The translations under genes and the position numbers were made by a program. From assembly GCF_009914755.1 (NCBI RefSeq), contig NC_060932.1: a stretch of 64,000 nt of DNA; one strand, given 5' to 3'. Source of the DNA: the human T2T-CHM13v2.0 reference genome, Homo sapiens. This document shows positions 51,192 to 64,000 of the stretch, piece by piece (positions within the stretch are counted from its first letter, which is position 1; every line of letters starts with the position of its first letter). A model generated the notes under the pieces. That model was given only the letters and a program-made list of their open reading frames with translations, had not been told where the DNA came from and did not search any database.

Positions 51192-54100
51192 AGGCACTGA
51201 CAGATACGAATACGGATAAGGACAAGGAACAAAAGCAGGTAAATTATCCAAGGAAAGTGGATATGGAAAAATTGTATTAGATTAACAAGTGAATATGGAA
51301 TAGAATTTTGCTGACATTTGCACTTCCTACTGTCTCTTAACTCAGTGTCTGTCCTAGGCCCAGCCAGGGCCCCAGTTCAGAGCTAGGAAGTGCTTAAGGG
51401 TAGAAATTAACCGGAAGTCACATGCAAGCACTGAGGTGGAGGGTTCCTGGTGACATGGCATGCAATATTAGATCCTACCTGGGACTATCTGAATCCTATT
51501 TAAATCCCAGCCCCTCTTCCCACAGGATCCTCAAGAAAAAGAGCAAAAGGGAAAATGCAGCAGAGGAAACAAAGTGCATTTTATTATCAGCCAAGCTGAT
51601 ATCCCAAACCCAATAAGAAACACTTGGCAGAGGAGCATAAGCAAGGTCTTCCCATCCGCCCCCTCCCCTCACATACGCCCCCAAATCTTGGGATCTGAGA
51701 CACTCTGGATTACCATAGGGAAGGACTTGCAAAGAAATAGGTTTCAGAGTCAGTCTTGGGTCAGATTAGCAATTAGCCTCGGGGATGAAGAAATAAGAGA
51801 AAATAAACAGTATCCATGTGTGTGACTTTTCCACCAACTACCAGCAAATGTGGCCCAATTGCTTAAGAGATGACCACGCCTCTTCCTTCTCCTCCTCTTT
51901 CTCCTCCTCCTCTCTAATAAGTGCAAACATCTACAAACTTTAGGGGACATCAAACATGGGAGTGGCAAAGGCACAGACGTTGAATCAGGAGACTGAGTTT
52001 GGCTTGGCCACTTGCTTGCTTGGTGTGACCTGAGGTCAGTCATTAGCACTCCCTTCATTTCTTTATTTCACAATAGGAACGATTATGCCAAGCTCACAGG
52101 GCCATTGTGAGAGATAAATTAACACATAAAATAACAATCAATAACACAGCATTATATCACATCACTAGAAGCATGTGCCAAGAACTTATTGAATCTGGGC
52201 CCTAATAAAAACAATTTTAAAATTAAGATGTCTAAAAATCAAATACATCACCTGTGGGTTACCTCACAGTTTCTGGATTTCCTGCTATGCTATTTTCCCT
52301 GAATCTGGTGTAAAAAACTAATACACAAATATACATCCAAGGTACACATGCATACATATTTACATTTTTCTAATATAGCACTTCAAAGTAACATAAAGAT
52401 TCTAGCAGACGCCAAATACTAAGACGTCTCCTTGACACTTCTCCTCTTATTGCTTCCTCTTCCTCCAGTTACCCACCCTTACACTTCAATGACTCTAAAA
52501 CTGGGGGACACAGCCCTCTGGGAGAAGCAGCTAACTCCGCTCCAGGGCACAGCTGAAGGGGATGTATTCCTTCTGCTGTAATTAGAATACAGAGCTTTGG
52601 CGGGAGCTGCCTAGCCCTGGTCCGCAACCTGGGCAGGAATAACAATAATACCACCAACGACTGCCTTGTTTGACACCAAGTCCCAGTGCCTAGCATGGTT
52701 CCAGGCACACTGTAGGCGCTTGAGAGATACATGCTCAAAGTAGAAATATGCAGATAAATGTAATAGTGGATTTGAGCCATTCATCAAGAACTTACTGTCG
52801 GCACTCTCTGGGAATCTTAGAGAATGATATCTAATCTTTGCAACTGCTGTGGAGGTAGGTTATGAGCCTTCCTCTTTGGTGGTATATAAACCAAGATTCA
52901 GAGAGGTTAAGTACCTGGTCCAAGGTCCACAGTGATCAAAAATCCCGGCCCAGGTCCATCTGACTCCCAAGCGTGTGGTCATTCCAATAACCTAGAGAGA
53001 CTTGAGGGAGGGCTTGGAAGCCACTGGAAAGCCCACTAAACCCCATCCTCACCCTGCTACATGCTCTAGGAGTGAGCAAAAGATTCATAAAGCTTAGCAC
53101 CAAAGTATCTGATGCCTCTCACAGCCTGTGATTTACTGAACCAGTTCTTGAGCTAGCTTAATCAGGTGTATTTTAAGGGGAGGAAAGGGGCAGGCCCACT
53201 GAAGCAATACAAGTATTTCTTCCTTAAACAGCATGAAACGTGCATTTGTGTGGGAGAATGCTTCAAATCCATATTAATGAAGAGGTGATGGCTAAGAGGA
53301 ATCTGTCTTCAAAGCATCAGATGCACATAAAATATAAGCCAGGAGTATAATATTTACATAGTGCTCAGTACTACCTTAATTACTACAAAGTATCGGAGTA
53401 CTGAGGGATCAGTACATCCAGACAGGCCCTGGTGGCAGACACCTGGCAATGTCACCCAGTGCCCTCAGGGTGAAAGGTACGTGGGAACCAAGATACGCAA
53501 GCTCATAAGCCAAATGTGCACATGTCCCCGCTCCACGTTGAGGGACATCATGTGAGCAGCTTAAACTTGGCCATGGTAGAAGTATTTACACTACAGAAAT
53601 TGGCAAATTCTACAAGTCATGTTTCCCCTCCCTCCTACTTGGGAAGAGCCTTAGCAGCCACTCTTCCCAGCAAGCTTTGGGAACACACTGTAAACCACCC
53701 AAACTCCATGGAGAATGCCATAGTACCTTCCCTTAGAAACCCACACAGAACAGAAGTATCTGATGTGGGAACCCTCAGCTCCTTTTAGGCCATTTTCCTG
53801 ACCTCCTCTGCAGCACTGTGCACTGAACCCCTCCCTGGAATCCCAGGATCCCTGTGGCATAGCAGGCAGGAGGGTCTTTCCTAGGAATCAATAGCTTTGC
53901 ACATGTCACAGTGTGACACTGTTTAACACAGCTGATACACAAGGAATCCCTGCACATGGTTTAAAGGAGACTGTAAAATCCTTTTGAGAAAAATACATGT
54001 TATTTGTGTTTTTTATGATGTTATTTTAAGACATCTTCCTCTATATCAAAACATGAAATTATAAAGTCTCATGAAGATATTTTTGGGGGAGTAGAAGAGG

Positions 54101-54498
54101 AAAATAAAACCAAATAGGGATGGAGAGAGTTACTTGAAATTAATCAAAAGAAAATGAAAAATTCCAGTGGTTCCAAACAATTCAACATTTCCAAACAGTA
54201 ATTTAATCTGGTTTCATGTTCTCCTTTCATTCTGCTCCTCTCTCCTAGACATAAGAACAATGTGAACTTTGTGCTTCTGAGATTTCAAAACTGTGTTCAT
54301 ACTCCACCATCCATCTGATTTCAGAGACTGTTCTCCTGCCAGAGCACAACGGCGCATGGCCTCTTAAGAGTCAAGAGATGCTGGGTTGTCTCCTTCTTCA
54401 ACATGTCCCTTGAAGGGAATGGGGGGATAAACATATATACATACATATGCATACACGTACATATGCATATGCAAATGCTACATCTATATATATATGTA

Positions 54499-54813
54499 CA
54501 GATGGCCCTCCATATCCATGGGTTCAACCAACTGCAGATTGAAAATATTCAGGAAAAATAAATAAAAAATAACAATATAAAAATAAAAAATAATACAAAT
54601 TAAAAACCAAAGTATAATAACTATTCACATGGCATTTACATTGTATTAGTTATTATAAGTAATCTGGAGATGATTTAAAGTACATAGGAGGATGTGTGTA
54701 GCCTTTATCCAAACACCACGCCATTTTATATAATGGACTTGAGCCATCTGTGGATTGTGGTTATCTGCGGAGGGTCCTGGAACCAATCCCCCATGGATGC
54801 CTAGGAACAACTG
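54499..54813 (-). mobile_element. MER2 (TcMar-Tigger) DNA transposon
   Basis: cagatggccctccatatccatggg...gatgatttaaagtacataggagg...ggtcctggaaccaatcccccatggatgcc...caactg, with TA at the left end. Confidence 0.88.
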
Positions 54814-56039
54814 TGAATATATATCTGTGTGTGTCTGTGTGTGTATCTCTGAAAGAGGAACCAAAAGCAACCCTGCAAAGATAAAATATAAAACCCCGCT
54901 CCTGTCAGGGAATGCCGACTGATTACAGAGAGTCTTAGGAAGTTAACTGGAAACTTAGGGCATGAAACAGTTCAACCTCAGCACATTTTTTCCAAGGCAA
55001 TGATGAAAGTTTGGAAGCATAGGGCAATGATGGTATCATCACTCAGATCCTCACACCTGTCCCAACAGCCACAGTAAACATCTATTTCCTGGCAATCCAA
55101 CCCAAGAGTGTGAAGGATGCGAAAAAGAATCCCTAACCTGCAACTCTAGTTATTTACTGGGGCTGTAAGCCAATCTATTCTCCCCTCTGTGATTCCTGGA
55201 CATGGGGCATTGGCGTGGGTCATAAAAAATAATGCGATGGCTCCACAATTCCTAGATGTTCCGAAAAAAATATACAAAAGCAAGGACTGAACATGTACTG
55301 CATGCACGTGTTTTTCCATTTAATCCTCTCCACCATCGTGGAAGATGGCTGCTGTGAACTCCATTCTACAGGTGAAGAGCCTAAGAGGGAGAGCTTGGGT
55401 AACATGCCCAAGATGGCACAGCTAAGAAAGAAGAATGCAGATTGGAGCCAGAGACCTTCCCACTGCATATCCTGCTCCCCAGCTCCATAAAACTGCCATT
55501 AAGAAAACGAAGGCACATGCTCGCCGTTACCCCAGATGGATGGCTTTAAAATTATCCTGAGTTTTCTGTGCTGCTCATCTATTTCAGTGCATCAGCCCTG
55601 TCACTGAAAGTGCTGAAGGGTATAGTCAATTCATTTGTTTTACATTAAGATGCATTTCATGGCTATTACAGCGAGCGGAGCTTCACGCTGAAACAAAACT
55701 CCAAGCATCCCCAGCTGCAGCAGTCTACAATTCCACATCTCTGTTTACTGGGGGCAGATTTCTAAATCTGTCTTCAGCTTCAAATAGTCACAGGACTTAG
55801 GAAAGAAGAGCAGCTAACTGTGTGCTGCAATCATTTTTTAGCTGAAGTATTGAAGTGTAGATATAAATACAACAGAATTCTCTGTATGGTAACAGCACAT
55901 AAGCTAAGCCCTCTCCAGTGGGAATGTGATTATTTATTGAAATAAAACAACAAAAAACCCCACAAAGTTTTAATAATTTAAAATGAAGAGAGGTTTTCAT
56001 CAATTCTCATTAGTTTAAATGTTCTAGAATGTCTTTTTT

Positions 56040-56440
56040 TTCTTTTCAGGATGAATAAGTAACAAGCTTACTTAATAAATATTTTTAGATATTCCAAAAA
56101 AGTTCACCTATAAATATGCCTACAATAGCATTAGTTATAACTGCAAAAAAGAAAAATCTAAAAATCCCACAATGTTCGATAACAGAATTGTTAGTGTTTC
56201 CATTTAACATTGAATTACAAAAAGCCCTTGGAAATCATAATTAGGAAGACAGTATATCAAAGAAAAACAACATGTTCCTGCTAATGTGAAGTAAAGAAAG
56301 ACAACCGAACTTTCATCTCTGCGAACTTTACGCACGGACAAAGAATGGAAGGCAATGCTGACAAATCAGCATTGTGGAGGGTAGTAGAATTTGTGTGTGA
56401 ATTTTTACTTCTGCTATTTTAGACTTCCACTAAGGTTGTT
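56040..56440 (+). mobile_element. Old L1M 3' fragment
   Basis: caatagcattagttataactgcaaaaaa...cccacaatgttcgataacaga resembles the L1M 3' region. Confidence 0.5.
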
Positions 56441-56640
56441 GTCATATTAACCAGGCAAGAAGTAATGCTGACAAACAATGATAAGGACGATGATGACAAC
56501 AATTAGGACGATGAAGAATGAACATCACTGGCACATTTATGTAGCAGAACTGAACTGCAGGATGTCAGCAGCTCTTCCCAATGGGGGACTTGGCCTAAAA
56601 GGAAGCGGGCAGGGCCCCAGCTCGCTGGCCCCTCGCCTAC

Positions 56641-56779
56641 CTTGCTGGATGAGCACCTCCGCTGCCAGCTCCCCGGTGCCCACGTTGGCATACTCCTCAT
56701 TAGGGTGCTTCCTGTTGTAGTGCCGCTTCAGAGAGCCAGATATGTTGCAGGAGTAATGGCAATGGGCACAGCGGAAAGG
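56641..56779 (-). CDS. ZFAT: ZFAT internal coding exon (139 nt, phase 0->1); C2H2 zinc finger PFRCAHCHYSCNISGSLKRHYNRKH + linker
   Basis: Minus strand: acceptor tgtccccgcag|CCT, donor CAAG|gtagg. Translates PFRCAHC...HYNRKHPNEEYANVGTGELAAEVLIQQ-G and joins in frame to the next exon. Peptide recognised as ZFAT from memory. Confidence 0.95.
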
Positions 56780-57165
56780 CTGCGGGGACAATGAGGAGGG
56801 GTTAGGAAAGGTGAGCCCCAGATGTCTGCCTTCGCTGCTGCTCCCACCTGGTGAGCATCTGACACCCTGAAAGCCTGAGATGAGCAGGCCCCATCACCTG
56901 TGATATGTTCTAGGGAAAACCACTAGGGCAGGAATGCTGAGACCTGCCTCTGCAGTGACCAACCAAGGGACCGGGACAAGGTGTCCCAGAGGAGGAGCTG
57001 TCTCTACTAAGTGAATTTGCTTTTGTTACTTCTTTTCTTTTTTCATCCACCTCAGAATTTAGTTTTTGTTCAAGAAGAAGACAAAAAAAGCAATACACTA
57101 ATCTATCATTTTTTTAAGTGAATGACATTAAAAGTAGCTCTCATTACAATTGGTTCCCTGATATA

Positions 57166-57377
57166 CAGTCAGGTGTCACATAATGACATTTCACTCAACT
57201 ACAGACTGCAAACACAACAGTGGTCACAGCAGTAGGTTCTACCACACAGCCTGCAAGTGCAAGTACGCTATACCTTCTACATCTGTGTAAGTACATTCTA
57301 TGATGTTCTACAACTAAGAATTTGCTTAAGGACACATTTCTCAGAACGTATCCCTGCCATTCAGTGATGCGTCACTG
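57166..57377 (+). mobile_element. Tigger3/MER7-type internally deleted DNA transposon
   Basis: ta|cagtcaggtgtcacataatgac...catttctcagaacgtatccctgccattcagtgatgcgtcactg|ta; inverted ends and TA TSD. Confidence 0.82.
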
Positions 57378-58339
57378 TATTTGCTTCTTTAGCTAAATGA
57401 ATTCCTCCGCAGTATTTGCCTGCAAGCACTGGCATACACAAGTGTCAACCATCAGGGAAGTCCAGCAGGTAAAATCTATTTCTCATGCCCACCTGGTCAA
57501 GACAAGACACTTTCGGGATGAGGCCACAAACGAGTCATGCAGTCCTGCCTTTCCTCTTGCACAATGCTTCGGAGGCTGCATAAATAGTGGGGCTGGGGAA
57601 AGAAGCACCTGCTGGGCCCCTGGGGAAGCTCAGTGAGACCTGGCCTTTGGCTGGTCGACGGATGGGCATCTCCATCACTGTCAAATTCCATGCCACAGCC
57701 CCTGGTCAGGAGCTGCCAGCATGCCCCTGTAATCCACATGCTGTATGATTCCGACAGTGCTCCAGGGTCATTCAGGGCCTGTTTGATGACCCAGCAGCCT
57801 TCTAGCCCAGGAGGAGCAGAAGAGCATGGAGCAGCCACAATGGAAGCAGCACTCTGCCTGGTGCAGGGGACTCAGATGGAGCAAGTCCAGCCACACCTCT
57901 GGCCTTGACCAATGATGGAACCTCAGGCAAGTCCTGAAACTTCTCTTAGCATGGATCTTTTCATCAGGGAAATGAGGCTCATGCCCATGTCATAAGGTTG
58001 TTGTGAGAATTAAATGGTATCATATAAACTGATACCTAAAATGCCATGCAAAGTGTTTCTTATTGATTTTATCAACAATTCTATCACAATTCTTACTGTG
58101 CATCTGGAAGCTAACGTACCACTGCATCTATTAAGACCTCAAACACTACCTTTACTCCTCCACTGTCCAATTCATCAATCTTTTCACCACTGTTGCCCAG
58201 AAGAGCTAAACCAGCAACTGCAATGTCTGAATGTGAAGTGCACCAACAGAGAGAAAATGTCCTCTCATCTTTGAAGCTTAGATCAGCTCCTCTTTCAAGG
58301 TTTCTTCCCTTCAAGTATAAAACTGTGATGAAGTAGCCC

Positions 58340-58577
58340 CATAGAGGCAGATGGGAGAGAGGGAGAAGGAGAGGAGGAGGAAGAGGGAGAGAGAGAAGGG
58401 AGAGAGGGAGAGAGGGAAGAGAGGGAGAGAGAGGACAGGGGGAGAGAGGGAGAGAGGGAGAAAGGGAGACAAGAAGAGAGAGGAGGAGAGAGAGGGGAGA
58501 CAAGGAAAGAGACGGGGAGAGGGACAGAAGGGAGAGAGAGAAAGAGAGGGAAAGGAAGAGGGGGAGAGGGAGAGAGG

Positions 58578-58613
<36 letters not shown>

Positions 58614-58640
58614 GGAGGAAAGGAAGAAAATGAAGAGGAA
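58340..58640. repeat. GA-rich polypurine tract
   Basis: About 300 nt almost entirely G/A, including (GA)n at ~58583-58610. Confidence 0.93.
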
Positions 58641-59281
58641 AATCTTCCACCTCACCCCCTGCCTAAGTCACACTCCTTCCTCGTAGGCCCCTTGCCCACC
58701 GCCTGCTGCAAGAGCAGTTCCCCCTTCTCCCTTCATGCTGTCACCTCTCTTTCTCAGGCTTCTGCCATCTCCTAGCAAACAACTCCTGGGGATGCCCCCT
58801 GCTCAGACCTCATGCTCCTCCATCCTATCTCCTTAGGCTGGCTGCCCCATCCCACTGTGACAGCTGTGACATTGTCATGCCACTGTCACCAGGTTCTGCC
58901 AGGGCTCAACCTCCTAGATTTATTTACAAGATCTGCAATCCAGGTTTAATGTGAAATGCTGGATCTCTCTAAGGTGCTGGTCTTGGGCTGGATTTGTTCT
59001 TCTGTTCTGGTCCCAATTATCATTTTTGCATTGTTGATTGGTGGATCTATATGTTTTGTTGGGTCCTCTCTCCTGAACCATACACAGGAATTTTCAACTG
59101 CCTTCCAGGTATCTCCACAGGGATGTTCTATAGGCACCTTAAACTTTGGACTCACATCTTTCTGCAAAATCAGTTAGTCATCAAAGACAGAAACCCACAG
59201 CCATCTTTCATTTTTCCTTCTTTCTTACTATTCAACTGATCACAGAGTCTTGTCCAGCCTTCCTGGGAAGCCTTTCCAGAG

Positions 59282-59342
59282 CTCCCTCTCCCCCTCCCCC
59301 TCCCCCTCCCCCTCCCTCTCCCTCCCTCTCCCTCCCTCTCTC
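59282..59342. repeat. C/T-rich simple repeat (CCCCCT/CCCT)n
   Basis: ctccctctccccctccccctccccctcc... Confidence 0.88.
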
Positions 59343-61399
59343 AATCTGGTCAGTCAACCTGCTCTAAAACATTCCCCAGGGACTTCGCCCTACACCAAGG
59401 CCACACTCTGGTTACCGGATGCTTTGTGCCGCACCGCATGTGCTGTGTTTCTACATTAAGTCCCTGGGTAAGGAATCCTTGGAGTTTGGCCCACAGCATT
59501 TACTAAACAAAAGGACCTGGAACAAAGGCAAAATTTGTCGGGCTTTCTCATCTATCTAGTGCGCAGAGAACAAAAGGTCTAGAATTCTAATATATGATTA
59601 CTGCAAAGTTAAAATAAAAGCTAAACCATTTTCAAATGCTTTCATCTCTAAATAAGCAAATAACATGAAGATATTATTTTTGGAATGTTAGCATTTACAT
59701 ACAAATCAAAAAGAAAAAGTGAAAATGCTATATTGCCAGCATCGGGCAGTCAGTGGGCATAAAAGGCAGGAAGAAAAAGGGCGATGAAAATAAGAAATGG
59801 TCCTGCAAACCCAGCTTCAGACTTGAGAGCCAATTTCACCCTTCTTGCAGCAAAGCAGATAAACAGCTTCCTGTGAGTTCAGCTCGCTTTCTTCCCCATG
59901 CCCATCCATTGGCAGAATTGCTAACGAGAAGAAAAGTTGCCAAAATGTAAGCATATTGGCAAAAAATGTGTGTGTGAGCCCAAATGAGGATTCAGTCTCT
60001 TGAGCTAGCAATTTCTATCAAAATTTTCAATTCTGAGAGTTGAAAGAAACACTTGACTTGGCGAAATCTTCCCTCCATGAAAGACTTTCTTCTGTAGCCT
60101 CTCTAGCAGTCTGCTATCTACTTAGCCTCTGCTTTGATGCAGGGGGTTCAAAACATCCCCCAGCAGCCTTTTCACTGCTGACCAGTGCAGGGGGAGTTAG
60201 GAAGATAAATCTCCCAGACTCTTTCCTTCATTGGTCTTGCTTCTACCCTTCACATCCATTAGAACCTCTATATGAAGTCAATTACCACCCATTTTCTGCT
60301 GGGGATCTTCTCTCCCAAAGTGTGGGAACTGAGCCTCATCTAGGCTCTTCAAGCAAAACAAGTTCTGACCTGTGAGGCACTGCCACAGGCCAGCAGGGAA
60401 TTCTCCTGGGGCTGATGCAGGGAAGGACACAGGCAGAGGTAGGGAATAGCATCCCTAACTGCAAGTCTCAAGATTTCATTTATGAAGCATATATTTACTG
60501 ACCTCTGACTGTCCTCTGACCCCCAGGAATACATGGCAAATGAGGCAGATTTGTGATTCCCTAAATATATACAGGTTTTGGGACTTAAATATCAACTCCA
60601 AAGATTAAATGTTATCTAGGCAAACTAAATCATAGACAGAAACTCGCAAACAACAAATGACACTAGATCTCAAAAGGGAAGTTATTTAATCAGAGCTTTC
60701 AGGACAGAATCCAGCCTAGAGTTGGGAGGAAGATATAAACTGGCTCCACAGCTCATTTGGAATGCAACATCAAAGTTCTTATCATGGTCCAAAAAACAAG
60801 ACAGGGAGCCCATTAGCATAGCTATTATTCAGTGTTGCACAGAAGTTCTTAACCAAAGTAATGAGATCTAACATGATAAATATTACTGATTTCTCTAATT
60901 TTTACTGATAGCTACTATATGCCAGATAGCTCTAAATGTTTTGCATGGATTAATTCCTATAAGTCTCACATCAAGCTCATATGGTACGTGCAATTATTAT
61001 CCTCATTTTTACAGGTAAGGAAACTGAGACACAGAATGGTTTAGAGACTTGCCATAGTTTCACAGTCTCCCAGCCTGGTTACTTGGTTTGCATCAGATTT
61101 GGGGCCCCAGGCCCAGCCAACAGTAAAGAGATGATTTGGTTTTCCACTGGCCATTTTTTTCCCTAGCATATATCTCCCTAAAACCCCAACTGAGAGGGGC
61201 ACAGGTTGGTATTCTTGGGTCTCCTGGACATAAGGTGGCCCAGATCTAAGTATCAACCTCTAGACCGAGGAATCGCACAGTGGACCGGGAGAGATGTGGG
61301 CAGTTACTGGGCTATCATTAGGAGGCAGGGACTTGGCAGGGGAGAAGACGAGGGTCGATACCAGCCAGTGTGCTGTGTGCTGGGTCAGGAAAGTAATGA

Positions 61400-62270
61400 C
61401 AGAAAATGGGAGCCCCTGGTAGGTGTCAGGTGGGACAATGGCCAACTTCCCATTTTGAAATATCACTCTGGATACCTGGAAGTTAAATGGAAAAATGGAC
61501 TTGAAAGGAACAAGACTGGAGGCAGGGAACCAATTATCCAGTTAACTGCAGTGGTATGGACGAGAGATGCTAAAGGTCTAAAATGAGGCAGGGGAATAAA
61601 AATATGGGAAAAGAAGAGAACATTTAAGAGAGGTGAAGAAGGTAAAACCAGTCAGACCTGATGGCTGGGATGATGTGTGAGAGGGAGGAGATGGAGCCTC
61701 TAGGATGAATCCCAAGCTTCCAGTATGGATGGCAGAAGGCAAGGAAGGCCACCAGCAAGAAGGAAGTCATATGGATAATGGGAGGGAGAGGGTGTATTCC
61801 TAGAATTCTGAACATCCCACAGGGTGGGTCTAGAACTCAGAGGACAGCTCCAGGCTGCAAACACAGATCAGGGCACAAGCAACTAGCAGAGGTCCTAAGA
61901 CTGAATGTGGCCATGGAAAGAGTATATCAAGTGAGAAGAGAAGCAGGATTGGATCAGCTCCCTGGAACACAGGAGCAGGCAGGCAAAAGGAGGTGGACTT
62001 GGAAGAAGGATGACAGAGGATAACAGGTGTGGGGATCAGGGGAGTCTGGAATCACGGGATCTGAGGAATAAGGTCCTCCAGGTAGGAGAGGATAATGAAG
62101 CTGAGCGCTCTAAATCCAACAGGAAGGGGCCTCCCCAGTGTCCACTGGACCTGGCAACCAGGGGGTGGCGCCGGTGACCTACCAAGAAGAGGTTCAGCAG
62201 CATGAGAAACACAAAAACCAGGCTTCAGCAAGTTGAGGAGAAAAGACGAGGAGCACAAGCTGGGCTTTGG
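61400..62270 (-). mobile_element. L2 LINE fragment
   Basis: aagactggaggcagggaaccaatt...gctaaaggtctaaaatgaggcagg...gtggccatggaaagag, an antisense L2 pattern. Confidence 0.65.
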
Positions 62271-62328
62271 GTCATGTTCCTTTTTCCAAAATGTGGCATC
62301 AAAAAAATCTTTCTCAAAAGGTATATTG

Positions 62329-62626
<298 letters not shown>

Positions 62627-62769
62627 GATAAAGATTAAAAAGACGTACATTGAAGATTTACAAATTGAGTTGAGAGAAAATGAGATTGAATGTGTTAAGG
62701 CTGAAATTCTTTAAGTCCTTATTTTTATGTCAAGAAAGCAGTTAAGTTGTCACCACCATAGTATGAGTA

Positions 62770-62808
62770 TGGGTGACAGAGTGAGACCCTGTCTCTTAAA
62801 AATAAAAA
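62770..62808 (+). mobile_element. Isolated Alu 3'-terminal fragment (~40 bp)
   Basis: tgggtgacagagtgagaccctgtctcttaaaaataaaaa. Confidence 0.75.
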
Positions 62809-64000
62809 GCAGGTAAAATACACATTTTCATAGTTTGAGACTTTGCTGTTTTGGTTCTTTAAACAGAAAGAAAGAGAGTAGAAGAGGACAGGGAATATAT
62901 CTCACCCGTGAAACTGGGTTCCGAAAAACCTGATTAGAAGACATCTAAAAACCTCTAACTACATTAAAGTGATCACATTTCCCATCAGCACCAAGGAAGG
63001 GACCTAGAGGAATGTTTGAAAGCAGATGGGAAGCTGGTGATGAGGTAATGTTCAAGGTCATGACATTGGCAACTGACTGCAATGTACAGGATGGCTTTTT
63101 GGCAAAAAGAGGAGTTGCTCTGTTGGCTCCTATTCGCAGCAAGCAAGAAGGCTGTCATCAGGTAAGGTTTTTGCAGTCTAATTTGTGCAACCAAGTATGG
63201 TATTAAGGTGGCACATACATCAAAAGGCTCAAAGATCAGATGTGAATCCACCCCTTTGTTGATAAGCCTACCTTGGAGAGGGTGAAGAAGAATAAAGGCA
63301 AAACAGAAAGTGCCAGATGACACTAGTGTGTGAAATCTGGGGTCATACATCACTATTTCAACCTCAGTTTAACAACCTGGCTGATGTAGTAATAGAGATA
63401 CAGACAGAGATAGACATACAGAAGGAGACTAACCACCCGTCTGGTATCAGAAAATTTGGATTCAAATGCAGAAAAAGGCCATGTAATGGTTATGACCTAC
63501 ATGAAGTGGACTAGTTGGTACAAGACCAGTTATACACTGCTGATAGAAGTGGTGTTTTTAGAATGCGGACAACTTTACAACACAGAAGGACCTTCTCAAG
63601 GACATGATTGCATTCTATGTCAAGCAAGGGTAGAAGAGCGGAGTGTGGGAGCATGAATGAACCAGGCGCAGGAGAAGAGGGTCAGGTGTTAGGCCCACCA
63701 CTAACAGTGGAGTTACCCTGGCCAAGTCATTACAACTCCACTGCTTTTGAATCCATATCTGTGAAATGGGAGAGCAAACCTTCCCTGCCTACCTGACGGA
63801 GATTAGATGGGGCACCAAAAACACAAGAGTATGACTGTGCTTTGAGAATCATAAAACCCCATAGGTCTCACTACTGTGGTCTTTAATCAGTTCATTAGCA
63901 TATTAGCACAGGCAACTAGTAGATGCCCTAAGACTGAACACAGCCATAGAAAGAGAGTGTATAAAGTGAAAAGAGAAGCAGGATTGGAACAGCACGCTGG

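Noticed and set aside
53515-53670. Possible hAT (MER63/Blackjack-like) fragment; similar uncertain fragment at ~35560-35810
   Set aside because: Resemblance too weak to assign a family or boundaries without a database search.
58111-58686. L/S/P-rich and R/E/G-rich ORFs
   Set aside because: Translations of the GA-rich simple repeat.

Overview
Primate (human-like) genomic DNA containing the 3' half of the C2H2 zinc-finger gene ZFAT on the minus strand. Five coding exons were reconstructed by hand with canonical AG/GT boundaries and matching phases: 56641-56779, 44690-44808, 36283-36409, 33427-33557 and 2405-2644. They encode the last two zinc fingers and the acidic C-terminus ending ...EQPAQEL*, followed by a ~700-nt 3'UTR with AATAAA at 1728-1733. 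The rest is intron (last intron ~30.8 kb) filled with interspersed repeats: Alu, L1PA nested in old L1M, L2, MIR, a probable CR1/L3 fossil, MLT/ERVL-MaLR LTRs, and MER5/MER20/MER2/Tigger3 DNA transposons. Repeat subfamilies are recalled from consensus sequences, not searched. Nearly all ORFs in the supplied track are incidental. I found no prokaryote-type system and no clearly new gene. The best leads are: (i) a 37 x 59-bp minisatellite that grew inside a MER5-type hAT element and has higher-order structure; (ii) alternating exon phases plus inverted Alus that bracket two 258-nt in-frame exon pairs (skipping/circRNA candidates); (iii) AG|GT recursive-splice-like sites in the long last intron; (iv) antisense exon-like units; (v) several micro-rearrangement fossils.
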